Shown piece after piece: positions 1-11,944 of a DNA stretch of 55,024 nt. Source of the DNA: Flectonema sp. DT1601 (lineage: Eukaryota); NCBI GenBank assembly GCA_964019425.1, contig OZ025792.1, positions 1,426,001 to 1,481,024 on the forward strand, read 5' to 3'. The notes below the pieces were generated by a model, which was not told the DNA's origin, made no database searches, and saw nothing but the letters and a program-made list of their open reading frames with translations. The first letter of the stretch is position 1. Every line of letters begins with the position of its first letter. The position numbers and the translations under genes were made by a program.

Positions 1-935
1 ATAAAACTGTTACTTGCAGATGCAACGTATGGCGGACCATTTCCATTTATCGTGAACTCAGGTCCTACCTTGTCACCTGCGGCATCGAATAACTGACCAG
101 CACAATTTCGACTCCCAAAATTACCATTTGGCCATGTCTCCCAAACGATAACAAATCCACCCAAGGGAAGCACCGCAACTGAGGGGCGCATCGCAGTGTA
201 GCCAGATGTGTCTGTCACTAGGAGGGTTATATTTCCCAATACTGTTCCGTTTTGTGATGATATACTCGCAAAAATAACAGAATCGGCTCCACGCATGGAT
301 GACCAACAAGTCACAAATCCCCCAGTTATAAAAGCTGCAGACACTGGGTCTCTTCCTGGAGAATCATTTAAGAGAATAGTAACGTTACTGGATAAACCAG
401 AACTGTGAAGAAGCCGACCATAAATTTGACCGTGATATTTATTAATTGGAGTAGCCTGCCAGATTAATAAATACTTACCAGTTGCTAACGAAATAATGGA
501 CTGGGAAGAAAGCCGAGATTTTGTGTCTAATTTATAATTCGAAAGAATAATACCTTTAGTTTTTGCATTGAACATACTAAGATATATCTCCGTATTATAA
601 CCAGAAGAAACCCACGGACGCCATGAAATTAGAATTTGATCACTAAGGGTGCTGGCTGCAATTCCCACATCTGTCGGTCCTCGGTTGCCGGTGCTCATTG
701 TAAACATGTCACTCAGTATTATATTATTCGAGCAATCTATCTGTCGTATATAAACTTCATGCGCACTTTCAGATATCCAAGCACATCTATAATTACAAGA
801 CGCCGCACCTGCTAAGTCATTGGCCACCATTGGAAGAAACCCATCAGTACTTACCTTGTACACTGCACTCGGAACACTGGCAACCACCAAGCATAAAAAG
901 CATAAAATTAAGTTAATCTCGAAAAGGCATCTCAT
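1..935 (-). CDS. Host-like secreted/surface protein, partial (runs off window start), with bacterial-type beta-propeller-like repeats
   Basis: Manual translation from the ATG at 935 is open to base 1 (311 codons). It starts MRCLFEINLILCFLCLVVASVPSA (signal-peptide-like) and contains repeats such as PSVAVLPLGGFVIVWE...GQLFDAAGDKVGPEFTIN and PVSAAFITGGFVTCWS. It is absent from the ORF track, probably because there is no stop inside the window. Confidence 0.75.
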   Translation of the reverse strand, partial: MRCLFEINLILCFLCLVVASVPSAVYKVSTDGFLPMVANDLAGAASCNYRCAWISESAHEVYIRQIDCSNNIILSDMFTMSTGNRGPTDVGIAASTLSDQILISWRPWVSSGYNTEIYLSMFNAKTKGIILSNYKLDTKSRLSSQSIISLATGKYLLIWQATPINKYHGQIYGRLLHSSGLSSNVTILLNDSPGRDPVSAAFITGGFVTCWSSMRGADSVIFASISSQNGTVLGNITLLVTDTSGYTAMRPSVAVLPLGGFVIVWETWPNGNFGSRNCAGQLFDAAGDKVGPEFTINGNGPPYVASASNSF

Positions 936-1330
936 TCGTGTGTAGATTACCTTTAAAAAATGATGTGAAGATCGTAAAAGAAAATGAATTGCACACCAAG
1001 TACCTGACAAATACAGCGCATGTAGTTCTCAATGATTCGTTTCCACACTGCTATTATCTTAACAAGTGATCAGCAAAGATCACATGTCTGGTGACTGAAA
1101 GGGAAAGTTAACTTGAAAAGTACTCGGGACAGTTTGTAGGTGGATAAGGCAAACTGCAAACTGACACATTTGCATCCACCGTCTCCACCAACTTTGTACA
1201 TTACAACTGAAACAATTCAACAAGATGGCGATTTTTGGGAATGAAACACCATTAGAGAGTAGTAAGAAAGTAATAACCTTCCCACCTTCGCGAGTTTCTC
1301 AGGTGTTATTAGATGATCTTGGATCAGGTA

Positions 1331-1632
1331 CTGCAACTGGAAATATTACTGCGCGGAAAAAACCGCACTAATTTCCAAATCTGCAAAAAACCGCACTAAT
1401 TTTTCCACGCAGTAATATTTCCACCGCACTAATATTTCTGCTCAGAAGTGATTTTTTCTCCAGCTGCATTTTTCTGCTGGTGCCTTACACAGCAAAAAAG
1501 CAACCAAATTTTTTTCTACCACCAAGTGGAAAAAACCGCACTAATCTTTTCTCAAAAAAACCGCACTAATTTTTCCGCGCAGTAATATTTCCCCGCAGTA
1601 ATTATTCAGCGCAGTAATATTTCCAGTTGCAG
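1331..1632. mobile_element. MITE with TA target duplication (Tc1/mariner-pogo type)
   Basis: TA|CTGCAACTGGAAATATTACTGCGC ... GCGCAGTAATATTTCCAGTTGCAG|TA: 24-bp TIRs flanked by TA, with internal AAAAACCGCACTAAT repeats. Confidence 0.85.
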
Positions 1633-1642
1633 TATTGGTATA

Positions 1643-1845
1643 CTAGGGAACGTGAACCGCTTCTTAGACACGAGTCACCCGACAGACTTTCCAAATGAGG
1701 TGTATGTCGACAGCAATACGGGGTAGTACGAGAGGAACTCCCGTTTCTAGTCCCTGATATCTACGGTTGTTCGATCGGACAGTGCCGTGATGCTACCACT
1801 GGATGGATTATGGCTGAACGCCTCTAAGCCAGAACCCAGTCTAGG
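1643..1845 (+). pseudogene. Dispersed fragment of LSU rRNA 3' domain (sarcin-ricin loop region)
   Basis: Contains AGTACGAGAGGAAC (1725-1738) and GGCTGAACGCCTCTAAGCCAGAA downstream, plus a degenerate GGGAACGTGA upstream. No surrounding rDNA unit is recognisable. Confidence 0.8.
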
Positions 1846-1882
1846 GACATACATGCTTTGCAGTGTTCCAATAGGTTTATCT

Positions 1883-2240
1883 ATCCCACTGGATCTCTCA
1901 TCGTTCATAGTACCTGTGTGAAGTTATAAAATCAAAGGTAAACTATGAACTACAAATGACTTAATCTGTTATTATAATGCCACAGGCAGGCCCTGCATTC
2001 AGCAACTATCCAGCAGTGCTTGGATGTCCTTGGCAAAAACAGGTAACGGGAAAAAAGCAAGACAAACCTGTTTTAATTGTGTTGCAATTTTAGCAGAGAA
2101 TTTGAATAACAGGGAGAGAACAAGTGTTATTTTAAAAACAATGCCAGGGAAAACAACGGAAGCATCGATATCGCTCCAGCAGATGCGAGTACCTGTAAGC
2201 TGTGTGTATTTTGTGTTTGTTACAACAGGAGAGAAAAGAT
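1883..2240 (-). repeat. Rearranged fragments of element A
   Basis: 1883-2030 and ~2192-2240 are reverse complements of segments of the repeat at 15430-16070. Confidence 0.8.
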
Positions 2241-2684
2241 TATTTTATAATTAAGTTGTTTCTTTTTTGCGTCTCACTTGCGTCCTTGTCATGACTCTAA
2301 ACTGACCTCATATTTCTTGACAGAACAGGAACCCCTCTCCCGATACACATAAAACATGTCCGCAATGTGTTTCTGAGTGGACCGATGAGGCGCACTTGTC
2401 CTTCTGGATCAGATGCCGCCTAAGCCTGGCTCGTTCTGAGACAGCAGCGTAAGACACCTGGGTCATGGCTGGCAGATTTCCCAACTTCACAGCCCTTAAG
2501 CCATGACCGGGTACGTCTAGGGAAGAGATCGGTCCGCTCCTCATCGCGGCATGCTCGTGTAGAGGAAGGACGGAGGTCCGAAGCATTGCTTACGATGATG
2601 TTCCGGTATGTGTTGCGTCTCTGTTATTTGTTTGTTTCAACTCAATTGGTTCATCCTAGGTTTTAGAAGTCTTCGTCCTGTTCG

Positions 2685-3003
2685 TTGGGAAAGGCCTGAA
2701 TCAAAAGTTCACTGCCCCTATTCCTCTCCCAACTTCCTCAACTCAGTATATTGTCAGCTTTGGCATCGAACCTGTTAATGGTTTAATCATTGAATTTAAC
2801 AACTACTCTTCAACAGGTTATTTTTAATTATTTATTTAATTATTTTTTTCGTCCTCGTTTTTTCTAATGTCCGAAACTTAAACTTTTTTTCTTTTAAAAC
2901 AGTGTTGTATTTTTAATTATTTACTTAATTATTTATTTATTTGATGGGAAGGGCCTGAATCAATAGTTCACTGCCCCTATTCCTCTCCCAACTTCCTCAA
3001 CTC
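2685..3003 (+). repeat. ~60-bp direct repeat pair
   Basis: TGGGAARGGCCTGAATCAAWAGTTCACTGCCCCTATTCCTCTCCCAACTTCCTCAACTC occurs at ~2686 and ~2945. Confidence 0.8.
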
Positions 3004-3015
3004 TTTTTTTTTTAA

Positions 3016-4753
3016 CCCATTAAGGACGGGGGGTCCACTACAGTGGTTATTTTGAAATTTTATTTTCGCTAAGGGGAAAACCCGGCTAACGCTACCCAGG
3101 GGGGGTGTAATCGAGGCCGTTTCGCGACGAATCTTGGGTGGGATGGCGTGGTTCGCTGTGTTTTCATTCATGAAATTCAAAACTAATAATCGAAATTTTA
3201 CCACCTAACAAGAAGTTTCGTGTGCCTGTTGAAATTGATACAAGTTCGGCGTCCTATGAAAGTCTGATGATGATGGACTCTGTATCGGAGTCGTCATCTG
3301 ACAGCAACACAGCAAAGGTATCAAAGTGGGGGGGCAAAACCAAGAGAATCCCCAGGGAAAAACGGAAAGGACCTACCCAGAGTGTGAGCGACTTTAATGA
3401 AATGAGCGAATTGAAGGCATCCAACTCATTTTCACTGATCATGTGCTTAAAATGATATTTCGACACACTCTTGCCTACCCGATTGACAAAGAGACGTCCA
3501 TGAAGTCACTAGAAGTTGGTGAACTGAAATGCTTTCTCCGTAATTTCCACACTGCTAACAAACACATTCCTGCTTCTTATGTTCATAGTCTTGTTAAACC
3601 CCATAATAATAAAGGGCATTGGGTGACGTTTGACAATTTCAATTCGTCATACGCATTTCTTGTTTTGATGTTAGCGAAAGGGTTCCACTGTGTTGGAACA
3701 GCCTGACGGAACAGAAAGGGAGTTCTGTTGATGTTACAAAACCGAAGGCTACCCCTGGACCGGGACGACTAAGCAAATCGGAAGTGAAAGAAAGACCGAA
3801 GAATCTTTCTGCTTCTTACCTTCAGTCAAGCACGGCATCCACCATATAAAGTGGAGAGACTCAAAGGATGTGCATCTTTTCAGTACTCTTCCCTTACGTG
3901 AGCACTGTGTCGATGTATATCGCTGGATTAGGAAGAGAAATAAAAAAGAAAAAGTGCCGATCAAACTACCGTGCAAGTAGACAGGTACACCAAAACGATG
4001 GGAGGTGTTAACCTGATGGATAGCGTGAAGGGAAGGGCGAACAGAAACCTTCAAACTAAACGATGGCATCTAAAGGTTTTCGACTACTTGCTGAAAGTTT
4101 CAATGTTCAACACGTTTACCCTTCAAAAGAAATGCGGTAAGGATACTGGTACCTACATACGGTATGTAGAGGAGCTCGCTATGCAACTCGTCAGTGACGG
4201 GACGTCGAGAGACAAGACAACCAATACTACATCTACTACTGACTCGGGTTCGCACTTTTCACACATGTTCAGCACCACTGAGCACTATCCATCAATATTT
4301 GGCGCTGCTAAACAATGTAAGTATCACAATACTCGAGTGAGGACTACTTATGGATGCCAGGGGTGTAAGGTTTTTATGTGTCCTGCACCCTGTTTTGGCA
4401 AATACCACTTAAATCTTACAAAGGGGAGAACATTTGCGTCCCATACCACCACCTCTGTGTCGGGAGGTGCTATCCGGGAAGAATGTACGAAGGGGAAGAC
4501 CCCTGCACTCACAACAACATCAAAATTGAAGAGGCGCAGGGAGTCATAAGAACTGAGCTTATTTTTGTCTTTGGTGGTGTTTTCATTTGTTCTGTTCACC
4601 CTTTAGGTGGTGAATGTGTGTGTATTTTTAACGGGCAGGCAATGGCGGCTCACTTTGTCACATCACCTTTCCGAGCCCCCCTACCCCTTTTCCCCGTTAG
4701 CTCTTTTTTCAAAAAAGGTCAAAAAACCGGGTTTTACCCCCGTCCGTAATGGG
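3016..4753 (+). mobile_element. piggyBac transposon 1, internally deleted, transposase pseudogene
   Basis: TTAA|CCCATTAAGGACGGGGG ... CCCCCGTCCGTAATGGG|TTAA (17-bp TIR, one mismatch). Broken transposase motifs: VTFDNF, CVGTA, WRDSKDV, YTKTMGGVNLMD, KRWHLKVF and a C-terminal Cys-rich domain (CQGCKVFMCPAPCFGKYH). Confidence 0.92.
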
Positions 4754-5064
4754 TTAAACAGGTACTTTACATAAGCATAGGCTCGAACAGCTTTGGTGAA
4801 GCAAGTGAACGAGTTCGATTGCTGGGTAATGTATTCTGTTTACTTCTATCCCTTTGTTTTTTTCTTTTTTTTTATTTCAACCAGGACAGCAGGGAGAAAG
4901 TTTGTTTCGTACCCCCCGGGTGCTTAGCGTCACCCTCCATGCGATGCTTGCACAGGGAGAGCCAAGGGTCGAGAACCCTTGAGATTACCTTTGTTTCTTT
5001 TTGTGACTGGATTGCAGTGGCGCAACCCATCACCCCACCTGTTGGTATCTTTTTTTTTTTTTAT

Positions 5065-6118
5065 GGGAAAACCTCTAATCCAGACACAAAAGTTTCCGAA
5101 ACCGCCAACTCTATACAAAAAAAGTGCCTTGTGGCCTGTGGTTAAAAAATCCGCCACCCGGAATCGAACTTGCCGAATTTAAGGCAGACTTTTTTTTTCC
5201 CTGAAAAATGCGTTGAGTAATTTTAAATCTCCTCACAATTTTTTCTAAACAAACATGCCTGCTTCTGATGGGAGACACTTTTGGGACGCGTGACAAGTTC
5301 ACAAAGAGTTTTTCTCAGATTATTTTGGACGTTCTTGCACCACGTCCGCCTGCCAATGTTTAGCTTGTACTGTCAACATCATTGCCTCAAACCACCAGCA
5401 CATCGTTTAAGGTGGTCTCTATGGAGGTGGGTGTTACAGTGGCACCAACTGCCCTTACATTGGCAACAGCTGTACAAGCACCCACTGAAGGGATGTAAGC
5501 ACCTTGTTGACAAAGGCCCAAACGAAGATGCATCAATCATTGTATGCAAAAATGACTTCCAGGGATGAAGCCGGACGGAAGACACAGAGGGGATGGATAT
5601 ATGGGGCAGACACTCTGGAACGTTGGTCAGACGCTTAATTGGCCCAAAGACGTACCCTGACCGAACGAATGTGGTGTGTGATTCAAAGGAGGGCTTGTTG
5701 TTTATGATCGGAAAATCAATCTTCGTGTGCCAAAGAGCCATCGGGGCGCAGGATTGTAACTCCACCTTTGCCAGGATAACCTTCGCCACAGCAACAGTCC
5801 GTACCTGACGGCACAAAACCTCGTATTCAAGTTATCAACAAGTTCCTCAAGTTATCAAGTACAGTTAGTCAGTACAGTTAGTCACTCAACATTGTGTTGA
5901 CATTTTGAGGCAAACAAAAAAAAAGGTTTGCAGCCGGGTTCGAACCCGCGAGTTGCACCTCAGAAGACCGCGGTAACACCCACTGGGCCACCGTGTCAGC
6001 AACAAAAAATAAATTTTATAATTCTTTCATTGGGGGATTGTTTCTCCCGTGACAAATTTTTTTTTTGTATAGAGTTGGCGGTTTCGGAAACTTTTGTGTT
6101 CGGATTAGGGGTTTTCCC
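5065..6118. mobile_element. Non-autonomous DNA transposon with ~55-bp TIRs and 9-bp TSD (Mutator/MULE-like)
   Basis: GGGAAAACCTCTAATCC...CCGCCAACTCTATACAAAAAA at 5065 is mirrored at 6060-6118. TTTTTTTAT flanks both sides (low complexity). Degenerate internal coding-like sequence and tRNA-like boxes lie at ~5150-5175 and ~5925-6000. Confidence 0.7.
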
Positions 6119-6506
6119 TTTTTTTATTTAACCCTTTAGCCCTGAAGGCCACTATAGTGGCCTTTCGCGTTTTTTTTTTTTTGACAAAGGGGAAAAATGT
6201 ACCTTGTGAGTACAAGGGTGGAGCCAGAGCTGCCCAAAAACGACAAATTTTATGTGGGATCGTGCTGCAAAAATCACCAGCTTTTTCTGAGAAAAAGTTC
6301 TTTTTTTTTTTTCTGCACTGGGAACAGTCTTAGCTAGGTTGCCCATGACTATCCCATGTTTTCAGCCAAAAATTAAAATCCCTAAAACTATTTCCATCGA
6401 AAATGATTCAGTAGAGTCACCTATCCCAGATTTGGGTGCTCCTGAGTCTTCTTCGAGCGATGAAGAGAGTACAATAGAGCCAAGCATTTCCCCTCTGAAA
6501 TGGAGC

Positions 6507-6952
6507 TTTTTATCGTTCGACTTTGTCGACTAATTTCTATTTTCCGTTTTTTTTCTTTAAAAAATAAATAAAAAGAATTTAAAAAAAAAGATTAAACAAT
6601 GTTATCATTGTTTTTTTATCGATCGACTATGTCGATTACTTTCTATTTTCCGTCCTAAACTGATTGTTTTTTTTTTCAAAATTAATAAAAAAGAATATAA
6701 AAAAAAAACAAAAAAAAAAAGAATAAACAATGTTATCATTGTTTTTTTTTTATCGTTCGACTTTGTCGACTAATTTTTATTTTCCGTTTTTTTTTCTTTA
6801 AAAATAAATAATAAGAATTTAAAAAAAAATAAAAAAAATGAATAAACAATGTTATCATTGTTTTTTTATCGATCGACTATGTCGATCACTTTCTATTTTC
6901 CGTCCTGGTCAAGACGCTAAACTGATTGTTTTTTCTTTAAAATAATTAAAAG

Positions 6953-6986
<34 letters not shown>

Positions 6987-7101
6987 AATAAACAATGTTA
7001 TCATTGTTTTTTTTTCTATCGATCGACTATGTCGATTAATTTCTATTTTCCGTCCCGATCGAGACGCTAAACTGATTGTTTCCTTTTTTTAAATAATAAA
7101 T

Positions 7102-7132
<31 letters not shown>

Positions 7133-7365
7133 ATCTCCCTGCTATCCTCATATCCCCACAATAATATTATACCTTTTCATCTTCTCTTTCCTTTTCTGGT
7201 CTTTTTTTTTTTTTTTTTCTTTTTTTTCCTTTTTCATACAACGTTTTTTATTTATATTTTATTTTTTTTTTTTTATTTTTTTCATGTTTGATTATTTCCT
7301 CTTCATATTTTTTTTTGGCAGGAGCCAAAAGCTCCCAGTCCGTTACTTCCCACTCTATCGAATTC
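6507..7365 (+). repeat. 5'-truncated copy of the satellite-bearing retroelement 3' region
   Basis: Contains a few hairpin-satellite units, then the same unique segment as 23620-23790 and the terminus GGAGCCAAAAGCTCCCAGTCCGTTACTTCCCACTCTATCGAATTC. Confidence 0.85.
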
Positions 7366-9150
7366 TTTAGAAAATCACCAAGGTAAAACGACACACGTTT
7401 CGGCGGTCCTTGCAGAACATGTCAGATCTGAAATTGATGAAGTGCAGAAATTTGAACTTGTGTTCACCCCAAAGGTGATGAGATGATTTCGCACTGCAGC
7501 AACAACTAGGCACTCAATCTTAACGTAGCTGAACTCAAACTCTCTTTAGGACTCAATATCCTCGTGGGTCTCTGTGATAAACCAAATATCTCAGATTACA
7601 GGAACGGTACATCAGACCCACCACTTCGCTTCCTGAGATCGGTTCCTCTAAATTCGAACCAATCTAAAGTTTTACACTGTCACCAACCCCGTACCTGCTG
7701 ACAAGCTCTACAAAATCCGCAGCTTTTGGGAACAATAGTTCCCAAATGGTCCGAGATCAATAAGGCGGAGGCGCAGGGACGGGTGGAGAAGTTCTCTGCC
7801 TCGTACTTTCAGTTCTAGCACAATGTGCATCACATAAATTCAGGGGCAATCCAAAAGAAGTACATGTCTTCAGCACATTGCCTCTTGAGGAGAATTATGA
7901 GACAGCCACGTGATGGACTAAAATAAGGAAATCTATCAAAAAGTGACTATCCAGTTTAGATGTCTTAGGTGTTAATAGGGGGTTCCTCTTAGCATTTTTC
8001 TTTGTTCCCACCTTATGATTTTCTTGAAGAAAAAAAATAGAAGTCATAATGGTGCTTCCCTCTGGAAGGGTTGTAAGCCATGGTGTCCAACTAAATTAAA
8101 GGACAAGTCTGGGATAATCCCTGCCAGAGGGGCGAGTATTCTACCATGGTTGAAATACTCTGGCAACTGATCTTCAATTTTATGTTGTTTGTTAGCTGCT
8201 GGTGTATCCTGATCATGTGTTGATACTTGCATTTTTTTATTTGTAATCTTCTATTACAATTCTCTTTCTGTTCTGGTCTGTTACTTCATTTGTCTTGTTT
8301 AACTTCAGTTATATCCATTTTACTTTTTATTGTTTCCCATCTACTTTTTATTTTCTATTAGTTCTGGTCAGAAACTCCTGGGCAGCAAGAAGGAAAGCAG
8401 TTTAGTACTTCTGGGTGTTTGGCATCACCCCCCATAGCGAGCAAGTACAACAGGTAGCATTGGTAAGTCTGTTGATCCTGAGTGATCCCAGCTACAGTTT
8501 TGTTTTTCTTTCTTTTTTTTAGAAGAAGATCAGGACATCCTAGCACTGCTGGATAGTTGCTGAATGCAGGGCCTGCCTGTGGCATTATAATAACAGGCTA
8601 AGTCATTTGTAGTTCATAGTTTACCTTTGATTTTATAACTTCACACAGGGAATAACCATCTTCATCCATTTTGTGATATGACTTGATAAAATAAAGAATA
8701 TTAATTTCACAGAGGAAACAAATTAAACAAATACTCACTAACGTCGGGGTAATGTTACATTCTTCGAGAGGTCGATTACTAAGACTTTGAAAAGCACCGA
8801 GGCAAGAGGTGCAACAAGCCATACAAAAGGGTAAACAATTAGAGGACCTCAGGAAGAAACACCCAGGGTGGGAGGGTGGGAAAAAGATTAAAGTTTAAGT
8901 AAGTTCAATGAGGATTAAGCAAAATTTGCTAAGGAAAGGAATTAATGTTTTAATTAATAATGTACTGATACAGAATAACATCTCAAACATAGTGATCACT
9001 TATGCAACGAGAGCTAAAAGATCGATATAGACATTCCTAATCCAAAGACTAGGGTGCAGAGTGCATTTCAGCTAAGGGAGGACCTTTTTCATTTTTCGTT
9101 CCGTTAGGACAGAAGAGTAATAAGTATAGAATAATTTTCGACGTACCAGA

Positions 9151-9232
9151 GCCTGCATAGCCGAGTGGATATGGTCGTCGACCGTAGATCGCTTGGGTAG
9201 CCGCGACACGGGTTCGATTCCTGGCGACGGCA
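9151..9232 (+). promoter_or_regulatory. tRNA-like Pol III A/B-box module in F1 repeat A2 (apparently identical copy at 28202-28283)
   Basis: A box TAGCCGAGTGG, B box GGTTCGATTCC and a following T-run. The acceptor stem does not pair fully. Confidence 0.75.
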
Positions 9233-9654
9233 CAATTTTTGGGTTTTTCAACCAGAAAATTATTAAGAAGAAAACAGTAAGGAAAGGGCACAAAATTGGA
9301 CTTAGTGATCATTCCCTGAGTAAACTGAGAGAATAACCATCTTCATCCATTTTGTGATATGACTTGATAAAATAAAGAATATTAATTTCACAGAGGAAAC
9401 AAATTAAACAAATACTCACTAACGTCGGGGTAATGTTACATTCTTCGAGAGGTCGATTACTAAGACTTTGAAAAGCACCGAGGCAAGAGGTGCAACAAGC
9501 CATACAAAAGGGTAAACAATTAGAGGACCTCAGGAAGAAACACCCCAACGCCAGTAAAACCAAAATTAATGTAATTAATGTAAATAGAGTTAGATATATT
9601 ATAATAATATTAGTATAATTTTGAATAACGCCGAGTTCAAGTCTTAAAGAATGG

Positions 9655-10152
9655 GGGGTGTTTGGCATCACCCCCCATAGTGAGCAAGTACAACAGGTAG
9701 CATTGGTAGTCTGTTGATCCTGAGTGATCCCAGCTACAGTTTTGTTTTTCTTTCTTTTTTTTAGAAGAAGATCAGGACATCCAAGCACTGCTGGATAGTT
9801 GCTGAATGCAGGGCCTGCCTGTGGCATTATAATAACAGGCTAAGTCATTTGTAGTTCATAGTTTACCTTTGATTTTATAACTTCACACAGGGTACTATGA
9901 ACGATGAGAGATCCAGTGGGATCACTCAGGGTCTAGTAGAGACCACCAATGTTGTGCGTTGATAGGCAAGGTGACCAACCTTGACATTCTTTCTTTTCTC
10001 TCCTGTTGTGACAAACACAAAATACACACACAGCTTACAGTGTGTTCTTTGTGTATGTTTTCTTCAGGTGTGAGTAGTTTTTTTGTTCTTGCTCTTCAGG
10101 GAGGGCCTTAGCCAAAAGCTAACAGTCCAAATCTCACCTGGAAATTCAACTC
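9655..10152 (+). mobile_element. Element A copy (5'-truncated) inserted at the end of F1 RNaseH
   Basis: Near-identical to 15574-16070, with the same 3' end GGAAATTCAACTC. Confidence 0.9.
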
Positions 10153-11846
10153 ACCCCACCGCTTGTAGAACCTTTGTATGAATTGCTTCTGAAGAAAGCT
10201 TACCAAGAGCAATTCGTGAGGGGCCATCTGCCGGGTTGAGAGCAGATCTAATGTATTTAATTGTAAATTCCAGTCTTCTGATTGTCAACCAGTCGGATAC
10301 AGCTAAAACTAGATCGTTCAAAATCTTATTCTTGAGACATTGTTTCTTTCGAACTGCTCCCATTACAGATGTATTGTCCACCCTTATATCAAGTTTTAAT
10401 TTTCCTAAACTGCGATTGTCCAATGCCCTTAATGTGTTCAACAATGCTTTTGCTTCTAATACATTTATATGAAGACCCTTTTCCTTCTTCCAAACATCTC
10501 CTACTACAGTTTCGAATTTAATTCTCCAGACGGTTCGACAATTACACCTCCCCAACCTTCCAACGAAGCATCAACAAAAACTGTAAGCATTCTCATCTTC
10601 GAAGACACTTTTTTATTAATAATCCGCTCTGTTGAAGCACCATTAATCCACTTCTCTAATTCTAATTGAATCGATCTAGGTACCGAAACCAGACTGTCCA
10701 AACTAACAATGCCTCGGTTGATTTTGTTTATGATTCTTCTAATAAACTTAAGTGAGAACCAAAACCTACCTGGCGATACTCCTGACACAGCAGAGGCATG
10801 CATTAACCTTCCCATTAACGACTCCAATTCACTTGCTGTGATTTTTGAAAGTCTGGCACCAAAAATTTTCTTCTTCAACCTGTCAGCAATTACAACCGAA
10901 TTCCGCAAGTGATCGAACTGAACACCAAGAAAGTCATAACTTGCTGACAAATCAAACGAGTCGGCTTGTTTCCAAGTTGCTGATGCTTTAGTTGCAACTT
11001 CATCAAGCTCTTTGGTTCTAGTTTCAGTATTCTCTCTTGACCCAGAGTATCGAATGTTGTCAATCCAAACATCGATTCTGACATCGTTAATTGCTAATTC
11101 CGACTTCACGTAGTCTGGATGACCAGCTATGGTTGCTGCTAGACTATGCATTATTTCTGGGGCACATGAATGACCCATCGGCAGTCTTGAGAGCTCATAC
11201 CAGTGATCGTCATCGGTCTTGAATCTGAAATACTTCCTTGCATCAAGCGGTATCTCGACCTGGTAAAAACCAGTTCTGAAATCTCTACCACTTGCGCATT
11301 CAGTCAAGGATGCATCTAAGTACCTGGATATGTGTTCAAGAGGAACATCAGCAACATATCCTTTCTTCACCAGTAATTCATTGGCCTGCTTAGTCCAGAG
11401 TATAAACCTCTGACGCATACCAGTCGGCTTCTGTTCAATAACAGTGAACGGAACATTATTAAAAACTTCTCCCTTTGATGCCCTATTTGCAATTCCGTTT
11501 GCTACTAACAGCTCAGCATGTGAACGAGAGAAAGTACTTCCAAGAGTAAACACATCCAAATCAGAAGATAAATCAAGAGGAGTAAAATGATGAACTTCAG
11601 GCGAACCTGTGAAACTGCTATTGCGGCTTACTCTCTTTGGGTAAAATGTTAAATCCCACACAAAATTAAATCTTTCTAGTCGCTTTTGCGACATCCGCCC
11701 CTTAATAAATGAAATTGACATCGGTTCTATTTTCGTTACATGCAATGGCGATTCCTTTTCCTGCGCTGTCACCGGCAGCCTCGACCGCTTTGGTCTTCTA
11801 CATATATTATGCTTCCTCACAACAAGTTTGTTATTTCGCTCGTTCT
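10151..11846 (-). pseudogene. F1 reverse transcriptase + RNaseH (frameshift near 10510-10520)
   Basis: RT motifs RDFRTGFYQ, RLPMG, WIDN, FLG. RNaseH motifs FVDASLEGWG, HINVLEA, VDNTSV, SALNPADGPSR. Comparison with F2 (SGALTVVG) indicates an ~8-nt insertion causing the shift. Confidence 0.9.
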
Positions 11847-11944
11847 TCATAGTTTACTCAGGGAATGATCACCAAGTCCACTTTTGTGCCTTTTTCTTAC
11901 TGTTTTTTACTTTAAAATTTTCTGGTTAAAAATACCAAAAATTG

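Noticed and set aside
2461..2508. 10-bp stem GGTCATGGCT/AGCCATGACC in a GC-richer patch
   Set aside because: Single occurrence with no recognisable family; insufficient support for an ncRNA call.
8358..9827. Recurrent short ORFs (MPQAGPAFSNY..., MACCTSCLG..., MITKSNF...)
   Set aside because: They recur only because they lie in repeated non-coding elements, and their ends differ between copies.
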